A stretch of 64,000 nucleotides of DNA from contig CAVUZH010000016.1 in assembly GCA_963745835.1 (NCBI GenBank), forward strand, positions 64,001-128,000, in the 5' to 3' direction. The notes below the pieces were generated by a model. The model had not been told where the DNA came from. It saw nothing but the letters and a program-made list of their open reading frames with translations, and did no database searches. Positions within the stretch are counted from its first letter, which is position 1. The number at the start of each line of letters is the position of its first letter. The stretch is from an uncultured delta proteobacterium. GTDB lineage: Bacteria; Desulfobacterota; Binatia; UBA9968. The position numbers and the translations under genes are program-made. This document shows, one piece after another, positions 11,417-21,206 of the stretch.

Positions 11417-12400
11417 TCATTTGTTGTAAAGTTTGTCCGTAAAGCCTTCCTGGACTAATTTATCAATGATGCTGTTGTCAAAAATTTTTACTCCCTGGGG
11501 CGCAGACTGGCCAACCATCGCAAGAATGGTTTCCACCGCTGCGGGCTCGATTCGCGGGATTGGATCGAAGTACTTGAGAATATATTCATAATGCATCTCG
11601 GGCGAACCACCTCTCTGTCTCATGTACTTTCCCAGGACATTCAGTGCTTGCTGCTTCTGCGTTCTGAGTCTGGCTACGCCCTCGGTATAAGCCATGACGA
11701 TTCTCTCGACTGACCGAGGAGATTTTCGATAGAAATCGCTGTTTACAGCCAGGAAATCCGCCGAAAATGGGATCTGCAGCTCGGCCGCGTCGACTAAACT
11801 TTTGGCCTGAGGTCCGGGCGCTTGAGTGCCCACTCGACCATCGGCCATGCGCGCTCGAAAGCCGATATCCGCTTCGACTACACCCCCAAAAGGGCGCACA
11901 TTTACTTTCCCGTCAAGACCGAGTTTTTTTAGCATTAACCGAGTCATAAAATCCGTGACGGAACCAAACCGGGTGATTGCTATGGTTTTGCCGTTCAATT
12001 GCTCAGGTCTGACTATCTCGGGCTGAACCCACAACGCCATTGAAGGCCGGCTCGTGTTGCACCCAACGGCTATGATGGGCGCGTTTTTTAGAATAGCGGC
12101 CACGACGGCATTGCTCGCGCCGAGCCCGGCCTGGATGCTGCCTCCGACGAGCGCCTGAATGACCACCGCCCCAGAGCTGATATAAACAAGATCAGCGCTC
12201 AAACCATGCCTCTCAAACGCTCCTGTCTCCTTGGCCATCCAGACCCCGGCCATATCGGGACTAATCGACGAGTAACCGAACGTGATTTTTTCTTCGGCGG
12301 GGTGTCCCGATCCGGGCCCTATGAGAAACATAGCCCCGAGGAAAGGAAAAATAAGCCTCACTGGTGAAAGGCTGCTTTTCAACAATTTTAAGTGCTTCAA
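11417..12400 (-). CDS. ABC substrate-binding protein (NitT/TauT/SsuA/NMT1-like)
   Basis: Signal peptide; GVWMAKETGAFERHGL, QALVGGS, GKTIAITRFGS, FDNSIIDKLVQEGF. Confidence 0.85.
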   Translation of the reverse strand: MKHLKLLKSSLSPVRLIFPFLGAMFLIGPGSGHPAEEKITFGYSSISPDMAGVWMAKETGAFERHGLSADLVYISSGAVVIQALVGGSIQAGLGASNAVVAAILKNAPIIAVGCNTSRPSMALWVQPEIVRPEQLNGKTIAITRFGSVTDFMTRLMLKKLGLDGKVNVRPFGGVVEADIGFRARMADGRVGTQAPGPQAKSLVDAAELQIPFSADFLAVNSDFYRKSPRSVERIVMAYTEGVARLRTQKQQALNVLGKYMRQRGGSPEMHYEYILKYFDPIPRIEPAAVETILAMVGQSAPQGVKIFDNSIIDKLVQEGFTDKLYNK

Positions 12401-12427
12401 CGATTTGAACCCTACAAATCAGACCTC

Positions 12428-13420
12428 CTAGGGTTTCCAACCTTTTGCCGCTAATTCGTCTCGAACCTTTCTCGCAACCGAGAAGTTGTACATCCTGTCC
12501 AATGGCGGAGGCTCCTTGATTCCCACGCGCTCGATGACATTCTCGATGGACCTTTTCTGCAAAGCTTCATTGATCGTTCCATCACGGGTGGTGCCCGGCA
12601 AAATCAGATTATAGAGCCGTCCAGCGAGATCTTCTTTGCTCTTTAGAAAACGGGCCAAGGATGAGACGGAACCGGCTCGGTTGCTGCGAAAATAAAAAAG
12701 TCCTTTCACAGTCGCCCGGACAAGCTTTTCAGTCACGATAGGATCGGCTTTGATCAGCTCTTGTCGCATGAAGATGCTTCCCTGCACTTCCACCAGATCC
12801 TGCTCAATGAAAGAGACTAGCTCGCGAAATCCGCCGTCCTGGGCCATGAAGTTTCCCGGCGCCGTGAGCATCGTCGCGTCAACGGTCCCGGCCTTCAGCG
12901 CAACAAAGCGGGCCGTTCCCGCGCCGATCGCCATGATGGCGACATCCCGGCCGCCCTCCATACCATACTTTTTCAAGAAATCGCGCAGCAGCGAATCCGG
13001 TCCGCTTCCGATGCTTGAGACTCCGACTCGCTTCCCCTTGAGATTCTCCACCGAGCGGATGTCCTGCTTAGCGTACAGCCAATACTGAGGCCGGTAGAAA
13101 GTAACAAAAAGATATTGAAGCGGAGCACCGCGCAGAACCGGCAGCAGTCCTGCCCCTCCCGTGCCGACAAATTCCACGTCGCCGCCGATCAATGCTTGAG
13201 TAGCTACGGCCGCGGGCATGACGATTAGATCCAGATCCAATCCTTCCTCGCGATAGTAACCCTTCTCCCGGGCGATCACGAAAACAATCGACGAAGGAGA
13301 AATAGAAGGGATGGCGGCGTGGACTTTTCGAAGCCCTTGGGCTTCGGCCGTGCGCAACGATTCGAGGATGAGCCAGGAAAATAAGAGAAGACCAAAGCGG
13401 AATGGCGCGCTGCGATGCAT
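12428..13420 (-). CDS. ABC substrate-binding protein (NitT/TauT/SsuA-like)
   Basis: Probable start MHRSAPF; IAREKGYYREEGL, LKGKRVGVSSIGS, ALKAGTVDA. Confidence 0.85.
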   Translation of the reverse strand: MHRSAPFRFGLLLFSWLILESLRTAEAQGLRKVHAAIPSISPSSIVFVIAREKGYYREEGLDLDLIVMPAAVATQALIGGDVEFVGTGGAGLLPVLRGAPLQYLFVTFYRPQYWLYAKQDIRSVENLKGKRVGVSSIGSGPDSLLRDFLKKYGMEGGRDVAIMAIGAGTARFVALKAGTVDATMLTAPGNFMAQDGGFRELVSFIEQDLVEVQGSIFMRQELIKADPIVTEKLVRATVKGLFYFRSNRAGSVSSLARFLKSKEDLAGRLYNLILPGTTRDGTINEALQKRSIENVIERVGIKEPPPLDRMYNFSVARKVRDELAAKGWKP

Positions 13421-13424
13421 CGTG

Positions 13425-14138
13425 TTATCTGGCCGGGAACTTTTCCTGCGCCGCGGCAATGCCCTTACGAAAGATGGCATTGAAAGCCAAGGAATCCTTG
13501 GCCGCTTGAATCGCGCGCTTTTCCTTTTCGCCGGTGGCATATTGGCTGAGAAAAGGCAAGAACATATCGCTGTGCTTTTCGTCCGCCTGACTGTGCGCTT
13601 GCATGTTGGGAATTTGCTTCCAGGTAAAGCCCAACTCCTCCATCCATTTTTTCGCCATCCGCGTCGATTGACCGCCGCCGAGATCGCCCAGCAGCCGATC
13701 ATCGTTGCACCACTCGGTTATGGTCATCCCCGCCAGTCCTTCAATCCAGCTGATTTCGCTGGTGATCCACGACCAGGCATAGAGGACCGCCCGTGTCTCC
13801 GGCAACGGCTCGGCATTGAGAATCTGCTCGGGCTCGAGGCCCACTGATTTTCCCTGGTTGATGATCAGATGGAGATGGCCATAGTCGGAGAAATCATCGC
13901 GAATGATTTCCTCATATTCGTGCTCCAGAATCCGTTGTTTGATGCCCAGCATCGGACAATTGGCCGAAACGTGCGCCCAACAGTCGCGCCGATGGCGCAC
14001 GTAGAGACTTTGCTGCGTCACCATGATGGCGGCTCGCGGTTTGGTCATCTTGATCGAAAAATAATGCTCCAACTCGGCGAACGGATATAATCGCGCACCA
14101 AATCCCCCAAACATCTCATGCCATTGTTTTTCGTTCAC
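13425..14138 (-). CDS. Heme-oxygenase-like diiron oxidase, copy 2
   Basis: GTG start with an AGGAG RBS, overlapping the upstream SBP stop; RHRRDCW, SANCP, HEYEE, GHL, TEW, HSQADEKHSD. Confidence 0.8.
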   Translation of the reverse strand: MNEKQWHEMFGGFGARLYPFAELEHYFSIKMTKPRAAIMVTQQSLYVRHRRDCWAHVSANCPMLGIKQRILEHEYEEIIRDDFSDYGHLHLIINQGKSVGLEPEQILNAEPLPETRAVLYAWSWITSEISWIEGLAGMTITEWCNDDRLLGDLGGGQSTRMAKKWMEELGFTWKQIPNMQAHSQADEKHSDMFLPFLSQYATGEKEKRAIQAAKDSLAFNAIFRKGIAAAQEKFPAR

Positions 14139-15151
14139 GATTTGTCTCCTTTGTAGAGCTTGTCGATGAAGCCTTGCTGCGACCAACCGATCGACAATGG
14201 CTGTTGTCGAAGAGTTGCATTTTGGGCGAGCCCGACTGGCCAACCATCTCTAAGACCGTTTCGATCGCTGCTGGATCGACACGCGGAACAATCCAGATAC
14301 TTGGTGACGAAGTCATAGTGCTGCTCCGGCCGCCACCGCGCTGCCCCATGTACTTCTCGAGCATTTTAAGCGCCTGAGCCTTTCTAGTTTTGAGCGCCGC
14401 GATACCCTCGATATAGGACGGCGACGATAGCTTCAACGGATTTTAGGCGATTTTCGATAGAAATCGTTGCTCACGGCCAACAGGTTCATCGAGAAAGGAA
14501 TGCCCAGCTCCGCCGCATCGACCAACAACTTGCGCCTTCGGACCTGGCGCCTGTGAAGCACGCGCCCTTCCGCTTGCCCGGCGCGAAAACCAACATCCGC
14601 TTCAACCACTCCGCCGAACTGCCTCAAATCCACTTTGCCATCAGATTGCCAAGTTTGCGCATGATCAGCCGGGTGACAAAGTCACTGGTGGAGCCGAAGC
14701 GAGTGATCGCTAGCGTTTTGCCTTGTAAGCTGCTCGGCACGTTGAATATCCGGCTGGACCCAAGAGCGCATGCCGGGCCGGCTGGTGTTACTGCCGACGG
14801 CGATCATCGGTGCTCCTTTGATGAATCGCCGCCACCACCGCGTTGCTTGCGCCCAAAGCCGCATGAACACTGCCGCCGACCAACGCCTGAATTGCACGTA
14901 GCCCCCGAGCTGATTGAGACCAGATCGACGTTGAGTCCGTTGCGATCAAATGCCCCGATCTCTTTGGCCATCCAGACTCCGGCCATGCTAGGGCTGATGG
15001 AAGCATAGGCAAAAGCAACTTTCTCTTTGGGAGCGTCCGCTGAGAACGCGCTTTGTGACGACAGCAGCAAGAGCAGAACTAGTATGGCAAACAAAACACA
15101 CCGCAGGCTCAAAGCTTTTAGGTATATAGTTGAGTTAAAAAAATCTTGCAC
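14135..15151 (-). CDS. ABC substrate-binding protein (NitT/TauT-like), multiply frameshifted (possibly a pseudogene)
   Basis: Fragments in different frames (GVWMAKEIGAFDRNGL, QALVGGSV, SNTSRPGM, FGGVVEADVGFRAG, AAELGIPFS, GFIDKLYKGDKS*) are colinear with paralog 11417..12400. Confidence 0.75.
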
Positions 15152-15265
15152 TGACGGAAGATGTTGACTCCGCGCTATTCAACCTCAAGCGGGCATGGGT
15201 CGACCGGAAAACTCGATTCGAGTTATTCCATTGTCGTGCCTAAAGCACTTTAACATGATGTTCCA

Positions 15266-15982
15266 TCAGTCAGGTAGCGCCTTCATGGCGCCGGCAAGAC
15301 CCTTTTGATAGAGACGGTACAACTCTTCGGATTCTTTTGCGGCCTGCAATATCATCTCTCGGTTCTCGCCGGAGCCGAACTCCTCCCAAACCGGAAGAAA
15401 CATATCGACGTGACCTTTGTCGGCTTCGCGGTGTGCCTTCCAGTTCGGCAGATCGTCCCAGGTGATGCCCAGATATTTGACCCAGAGATTTCCCATTCGC
15501 GCCGAGTGACCGCCGCCAATATCGGCCAAAAGGCGATCGTCTTGGTTCCATTCGGTCATGCTCATTGCCGCCAAACCTTCGAGCCAGCTTTTCTTCTTGC
15601 ACATCCAACCCCACGCATACAAGGTCGCGGCTGTAGTCGGGATCGGCTTAGCTTGCAAAATATCCTGCGCCGTCAGTCCGATCGGTTTTCCCTGACGTAT
15701 GATCAAATCCAAATGACCATGCTCGGAGTGCGCATCGCGGATCATCTCCTCGTACTCGTGCGATAGTATTTTCTGCTTCACCGCCAGCACCGGGCAGTTT
15801 CCTGAAACATAGGCCCAGCAGTCGCGACGATGACGAACGTACAGGGAAAGCTGCTTTAGGATGAGCTGTGCCCTCGGCGTGGTTATCGGGATCGAATAGT
15901 ATCGCTCCAACTCCGGCGAAGACATCGTCGCGCGAGCTAACTCCCCGAACGCCGCGTTCCAACCGTGCGCATCCATAGTCAT
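15266..15982 (-). CDS. Heme-oxygenase-like diiron oxidase, copy 3
   Basis: RHRRDCW, SGNCP, HEYEE, HGHL, TEW, HREADKGHVD. Confidence 0.8.
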   Translation of the reverse strand: MTMDAHGWNAAFGELARATMSSPELERYYSIPITTPRAQLILKQLSLYVRHRRDCWAYVSGNCPVLAVKQKILSHEYEEMIRDAHSEHGHLDLIIRQGKPIGLTAQDILQAKPIPTTAATLYAWGWMCKKKSWLEGLAAMSMTEWNQDDRLLADIGGGHSARMGNLWVKYLGITWDDLPNWKAHREADKGHVDMFLPVWEEFGSGENREMILQAAKESEELYRLYQKGLAGAMKALPD

Positions 15983-16053
15983 TCTCCTCGATCTTCAAAA
16001 CAACGCCGCCCGGTTGGGCTGTGGAGTGTGCGGGGAATCTCTGAGGCTCTCGG

Positions 16054-16761
16054 CTAAGCGAACTTTGCCATCTCCTGCGCGATTCCCGCGCGGAATATCT
16101 TCAGCAACTCCATCGACTCTTTGGCCGCTCGGTAGGCAAGCGCTTCCTTCTCGCCGATAGCAAACCTTTCCAGATCTTCCAAAAACATGTCGCTATGCTC
16201 TTCGTCCGCCTCGCTGTGAACTTTGAAATTCGGCATTTGCTCCCAGCCAAAACCAAGATCGTCCATCCAGCGCTTGGCCATGCGGCTGGAGAGTCCGCCG
16301 CCGATATCCTGGAGCAAACGATCATCATTGGCCCACTCGGTGATGGTCAGGGCGGCCAAACCTTCGATCCAACTCTTCTCTCTCGTCATCCATGCCCAAG
16401 CATACAGAGTGGCGAAAGTGGTCGGCAACGGCTCGACTTCCAAAACTTCGTGGGGCGAGAGTCCTAACGCTTTTCCCTGCCGGACGATCAGGTCCAGATG
16501 CCCATGCTCGGTGTATTCATCCTTGATCACCTCGCCATATTCGTGCTGCAGGATCTTTTGCTTCACCGACATCTGCGGGCAGTTGCCGGAAACGTGCGCC
16601 CAACAATCCCGACGGTGTCGAATAAACAGTCCCAATTGCGTGATGAAGATTTGTGCGCCGGGTCGCGTGATCTTGACCTGAAAATAGCGATCCAGTTCCG
16701 GTGCGCGCATCGCGTCACGCACCAGCTCTCCCAGTCCCCGACGCCACTCAGCTCGCTTCAT
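16054..16761 (-). CDS. Heme-oxygenase-like diiron oxidase, copy 4
   Basis: RHRRDCW, SGNCP, HEYGE, HGHL, TEW, HSEADEEHSD. Confidence 0.8.
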   Translation of the reverse strand: MKRAEWRRGLGELVRDAMRAPELDRYFQVKITRPGAQIFITQLGLFIRHRRDCWAHVSGNCPQMSVKQKILQHEYGEVIKDEYTEHGHLDLIVRQGKALGLSPHEVLEVEPLPTTFATLYAWAWMTREKSWIEGLAALTITEWANDDRLLQDIGGGLSSRMAKRWMDDLGFGWEQMPNFKVHSEADEEHSDMFLEDLERFAIGEKEALAYRAAKESMELLKIFRAGIAQEMAKFA

Positions 16762-16775
16762 GCGGATCTCCCTCG

Positions 16776-17753
16776 TTATTTGTAAAGCTTGTCGACGAAG
16801 CCTTCTTTGATGATCGAATCGATGATGCTGTTATCGAAGAACTCGTTCAGCGAGCTATCCTTTTTGCCTTCCCAATTGAGTACGGTTTGAATCACCGCCG
16901 GGTCTGTTCTCGCGTTACGATCCAAATATTTGACGGCATAATCGTAGGCTTCGTCCAGTGAATCACCGCCTCCGAGGAGATATTTGGCTAGAACTTTATA
17001 AGCGAGGTCTTTTCTGTTTCTAAGCCCCGCGACTCCTTCGATGTAAGCCTTAAGCATAGCCTCCACCGTCCTCGGAGAACTTTTGTAGAAGTCCCGCTTG
17101 ACAGCGATCAGATCCATCGAGAAAGGAATTCCCATGTCGGGCAAATCAACTAACATGCGAACCTTTGGCCCGGGCTTCATGCTCCGTACAGCCCCGGCGA
17201 TCATCCCGGTGCGAATAGCAGTGTCGACCTCCCGGGTGCCACCCATCGGTTGAATTTTGACCTTGTCCTGGAGTCCCAGCTTTTCGAGCACGAATTGGGT
17301 TAAGAAATGCGTCGATGAGCCATGCCGGGTAATGCCCAGGACTTTTCCTTGAAGCTGCTCCGGTTTGGTGATCTCAGGCTGAACAAATAAACTCATCGCC
17401 GGCCGGTTGGTAATGCTGCCGACCGCAACAAGCGGCGCGCCACGCAGAATCGAGCTGACTACCGCGTTGCTAGCGGCCACGCTCATATCGAGATTGCCGC
17501 CTACCATCGCCTGAACCGTAACGCTGCCGGAGCTAATGTAGATGAGATCGGCCTTGACGCCATGCTTCTCAAAAGCTCCCATCTCCTTTGCCATCCATAC
17601 TCCGGCAAAGATCGGGCTGACTGCAGCATACGCAACGGTTACTTTGGGCGGCGTCTGCGCCGTTGAAAGTCCGGGCGCCAGAACCAGAGAAAACGAAACA
17701 AGCGCTGCGTCTAACCGAACTAGACAACGAACAATCGACATCACCGTTATCAC
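16776..17753 (-). CDS. ABC substrate-binding protein (NitT/TauT-like)
   Basis: GVWMAKEMGAFEKHG, GKVLGITRHGS, FFDNSIIDSIIKEGF. Confidence 0.85.
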   Translation of the reverse strand: MITVMSIVRCLVRLDAALVSFSLVLAPGLSTAQTPPKVTVAYAAVSPIFAGVWMAKEMGAFEKHGVKADLIYISSGSVTVQAMVGGNLDMSVAASNAVVSSILRGAPLVAVGSITNRPAMSLFVQPEITKPEQLQGKVLGITRHGSSTHFLTQFVLEKLGLQDKVKIQPMGGTREVDTAIRTGMIAGAVRSMKPGPKVRMLVDLPDMGIPFSMDLIAVKRDFYKSSPRTVEAMLKAYIEGVAGLRNRKDLAYKVLAKYLLGGGDSLDEAYDYAVKYLDRNARTDPAVIQTVLNWEGKKDSSLNEFFDNSIIDSIIKEGFVDKLYK

Positions 17754-17851
17754 ATGCGCCTCAACGCTGCCGTCCGAGTAAGGCGAGACCCGATACTTTG
17801 ACGCGAGAACCTGCCAACAGGTAACACAAAGAATTCTCTCAATGCAGGCTG

Positions 17852-18190
17852 CTAGATCGGCCAGCCGTGCTCGGAAACGTCAACGCGGTTCCCTTCGACA
17901 TCTTTGATCCAGCTTTCCGCAATAGCTCCGTAGGTGTTGTCCTCGGCTTTGGTATCGGCAATTTTCTCGATCTCTTTGACGCTTTCTACCTTGAACCCAA
18001 AGTGATGGATCCCCCATGGATATTTCTCACTATGGATGAGAGCGAGATCGAGATGGCCGTCGGATAGATAAATAGTTCCCCCAGGCCGCCGATGTTTTTC
18101 TTCCATGCCGAAAACTTTTTTATAGTACTCTGCGGTCTTGTCGAGATCTTCGACGTTGATTGCGATATGTCTGATTCTTGGTTTTTCCAT
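17852..18190 (-). CDS. VOC family protein
   Basis: RHIAINV, YLSDG, GIHHFGF, KDVEGNRVD; paralog of 4258..4611. Confidence 0.85.
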   Translation of the reverse strand: MEKPRIRHIAINVEDLDKTAEYYKKVFGMEEKHRRPGGTIYLSDGHLDLALIHSEKYPWGIHHFGFKVESVKEIEKIADTKAEDNTYGAIAESWIKDVEGNRVDVSEHGWPI

Positions 18191-18220
18191 GACAATCCTC
18201 CTTGTCTGAATGTAAATTGA

Positions 18221-18934
18221 TTAGCTGAGAGGTATTTTATCCATGGCCCGGGCCACGCCTTCACGATAAAGCCCAAACAGAGCGAGCGACTCTTTGACTG
18301 CGGCGAGCGCCAGTTCTTCCTTCTCGCCGGTGGCATAGTCCGAAAGAAACGGCAAAAACATGTCGCTGTGCTCTTCATCCGCCTGCGAATGCGCGACGAA
18401 ATTCGGCATGTCGCGCCACGCCAGTCCCAGGTCATCCATCCAGCGCCGCCCCATCCGGGTAGAGTGACCGCCGCCGATATCGTTCAAGAGACGGTCATCA
18501 TTGGTCCATTCGGTAACCGTCAGGGCGGATAAGCCTTCCACCCAGCTCTTAGCGTGCGTCAGCCAGGCCCAAGCGTAAAGCGTCGCGGTCGTGCTTAAAA
18601 GGGGTTTGGTGTCGACAACCTCGCGGGCGGTCAAGCCGAGCTTTTCCGCTTGGCGGATGATCAGATGAAGGTGGCCGAATTCTGAATACTGATCCTTGAT
18701 CACTTCGCCGAACTCGTGCCTTAGAATGGCTTGCTTCACCGCCATCACGGGACAATTGGCAGACACCAGCGACCAGCAATCACGCCGGTGGCGAATGTAA
18801 AGTCCCAGTTGCGTGATCATGAGCTGCGCCCGCTGCCTGTTCATTTTGACGGAAAAATAATATTCCAGCTCCGGCGAGCGCATGTGATCGCGCACCATCT
18901 CGCCGATCGCCTTTCTCCACTGCTCAACTTGCAT
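18221..18934 (-). CDS. Heme-oxygenase-like diiron oxidase, copy 5
   Basis: RHRRDCW, SANCP, HEFGE, GHL, TEW, HSQADEEHSD. Confidence 0.8.
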   Translation of the reverse strand: MQVEQWRKAIGEMVRDHMRSPELEYYFSVKMNRQRAQLMITQLGLYIRHRRDCWSLVSANCPVMAVKQAILRHEFGEVIKDQYSEFGHLHLIIRQAEKLGLTAREVVDTKPLLSTTATLYAWAWLTHAKSWVEGLSALTVTEWTNDDRLLNDIGGGHSTRMGRRWMDDLGLAWRDMPNFVAHSQADEEHSDMFLPFLSDYATGEKEELALAAVKESLALFGLYREGVARAMDKIPLS

Positions 18935-19017
18935 CCTTGTCTCCTCGATTTGCTTGCTTATTTACGCGGCTTTCAGTCAGCCATCTGTCTCCCTATATCC
19001 GATAATCGCTGCGCAGC

Positions 19018-19998
19018 TCAAGGCTTCTTGTAAAGCTTTTCAATAAACCCTTCGCGCACCATCTTATCCACCATCGAGTTGTCCGCGAACGTCTCGAGCG
19101 GTACTCCCTTTTTGCCGATGAACTCCAAAATCGAATCGATTGCTTCCGGCTCAACCCGCGGTGTTTTCTCGAGATACAAAATCGAATCCTGATAGATCTC
19201 GTCAATTTTCTTCTGATCGCGCAAGCGGGCATACTTGGCGATGGCTTTGTAGGCTCGCTCCTTTTGGAAATGAATTGCCGCTACCCCTTCCGTATAGGCG
19301 CGGACCATGCCGTCGACCACGTGCGGGAAGCGCTTTAGATCGTCGCGCGAATGGGCAACAACATCCATCGAATACTGAAAACCCAGGTCTTCGAGCTTGA
19401 GTAATAATCGTGGCTGCATACCGGCATCAACACGGAGGCTTGACGTGACAGCGCCGGCGATCTGCTTGTTTTGAAATGCCGCGCTGACTTCGATGGTGCC
19501 GCCCATCTGACGCACACTGACGGCGTTTTCCAAGCCGTATTTTTTGAGCAGCATGCGGGTCAGATTGTCGGTCACCGAACCAAAGCGTGTCACACCGATG
19601 GTCTTGCCCTTGAGATCTTCGATGCGGGTAATTTCCGGTTGAACCCAAAACCGATGATACGGCCTGTTCGCCGTGCTCAACACCGAAACAAGCGGCGCGC
19701 CGCGCAGAACCGCCGCGATCACGGCGTTGGTTGCGGCGACGCCGCCGACGATGTCGCCGCCCAACAATGCTTGCACCGTAGTCGGACCGGACGAGATGTA
19801 GATCATTTCGGCATCGATGCCGTACTTTTCATAGGCGCCGATCTCTTTGGCCATCCATGAGCCTGCGGCCATGGCTCCGACTGTGGAATAACCGAAAACA
19901 AGTTTTTTTGTTTGCGCGGCAAGCTCGGCGGGCGTGAATAGCAATGCGCAAACGCCGATCATCAAGGTGGATCTTAAAAAGTCTCTTAACAACCGCAT
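19018..19998 (-). CDS. ABC substrate-binding protein (NitT/TauT-like)
   Basis: GSWMAKEIGAYEKYG, LKGKTIGVTRFGS; probable start MRLLRDF. Confidence 0.85.
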   Translation of the reverse strand: MRLLRDFLRSTLMIGVCALLFTPAELAAQTKKLVFGYSTVGAMAAGSWMAKEIGAYEKYGIDAEMIYISSGPTTVQALLGGDIVGGVAATNAVIAAVLRGAPLVSVLSTANRPYHRFWVQPEITRIEDLKGKTIGVTRFGSVTDNLTRMLLKKYGLENAVSVRQMGGTIEVSAAFQNKQIAGAVTSSLRVDAGMQPRLLLKLEDLGFQYSMDVVAHSRDDLKRFPHVVDGMVRAYTEGVAAIHFQKERAYKAIAKYARLRDQKKIDEIYQDSILYLEKTPRVEPEAIDSILEFIGKKGVPLETFADNSMVDKMVREGFIEKLYKKP

Positions 19999-20453
19999 CT
20001 TTTTCCTTTCGTGTTGGTGTTGATGATCGAAGGACAACTCAAACATTGCCGGGTCTCCAGACCTCCAGCGTCATTAATCCACCTGGCCATCAAGTCTCGA
20101 TCGACTGCCTGCGAGATGAAGTTTTAATCCTAATCCGACAATAGTTCACGTTCACTTAGTCGGTTAGCAAGGCCAGCGAGGCCGGAAACCGTGGGCACGT
20201 GAACGCACAGGTTGTCTGCAGGCCCTGCTATCTGTATCACCACCCGCGGTGGCTTGGGGAGTGGCCCTCAAGGCACTGTCCCATTGCCTACGGTTGTAGG
20301 GCTCGCGGGCCCCGCCCCTCTGAAAAAATGTCGGATTAGGGTTAAATGCTGGCCCTCTAGCAATCGACTCGACGCTGCAAGATTGAGAAGGTTCGTTCCC
20401 ATGGATGCGATGAGCCGTATGACTGAACCGTCGAAGCTGACAAGAAAATCTTT

Positions 20454-21188
20454 CTACAACGCAGGACTGATCAATTCACGCCGAAGAAATTCAGTTACCA
20501 GTGGCCAGGCAAGATCCGCCAGATACGGTTGGTAGCCATCCGACTCCGTCGAAGCAAAGCCGTGATTACCGAAATGAAAGTAATGCCATTCCAACGGCTG
20601 TCCGTTGGCGTGAAAACTTTCCATCACCTTCTGTTGGATCGCGAACGTGCTGGTCCGGTCGTTGCCGCCGTACAGAACCATTGAAGGACATTTGATCTCA
20701 CGGGCGGCATCGTAAGGGTGGCGCGGTCTGATCGGAGTTGGCAGCTCTTCGCGCACCGATGGGTAATAGGCGACAAAGGCGCGCACGGCCGGCATCGCCG
20801 CGACAAAATGAATACCGATGCGCCCGCCCATGCAATAGCCGATGACACCCACCCGCGAACGATCAACGTCGTTGCGTGAAAGGCAATAACGCCATCCCTG
20901 ATCGATGACGCGGACGAAATCCGGATCGGGTGTCTTATTTTGGATTTCCGTTCCCTTGTCGATGTGGGTTTCGGCGGGATAACCGAGCATGTGATAGAGA
21001 TTGGGAACAACCGTGGTGTAACCCAATTGAGCGAATCTATAAGCGGCAGTCTTGAGGTACCCGGTGAGACCGGAGTGCTGGTGAATCAACAACAGCGCGG
21101 GGCCCTTCTGCGCCTGCTCTGGATGGGCGATGTAGCCTTCGACGCCGTCTTTCTCTTGCGACAATCTGCGCGTTTTAATGGTTGTCAT
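20454..21188 (-). CDS. Dienelactone hydrolase family protein
   Basis: GVIGYCMGG nucleophile motif, YGGND, GNHGF catalytic His. Confidence 0.9.
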   Translation of the reverse strand: MTTIKTRRLSQEKDGVEGYIAHPEQAQKGPALLLIHQHSGLTGYLKTAAYRFAQLGYTTVVPNLYHMLGYPAETHIDKGTEIQNKTPDPDFVRVIDQGWRYCLSRNDVDRSRVGVIGYCMGGRIGIHFVAAMPAVRAFVAYYPSVREELPTPIRPRHPYDAAREIKCPSMVLYGGNDRTSTFAIQQKVMESFHANGQPLEWHYFHFGNHGFASTESDGYQPYLADLAWPLVTEFLRRELISPAL

Positions 21189-21206
21189 CGTTTCAGCTCC
21201 TGATTG

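Noticed and set aside
8296-18934. HDO genes as pqqC or tenA of cofactor biosynthesis
   Set aside because: No pqqABDE or thiamine genes nearby; five divergent paralogs with a different motif set.
20050-20450. 400-bp intergenic stretch with a GTAG-type hairpin (20296-20319) as a riboswitch or ncRNA
   Set aside because: No recognisable aptamer consensus; an Rfam scan would be needed.
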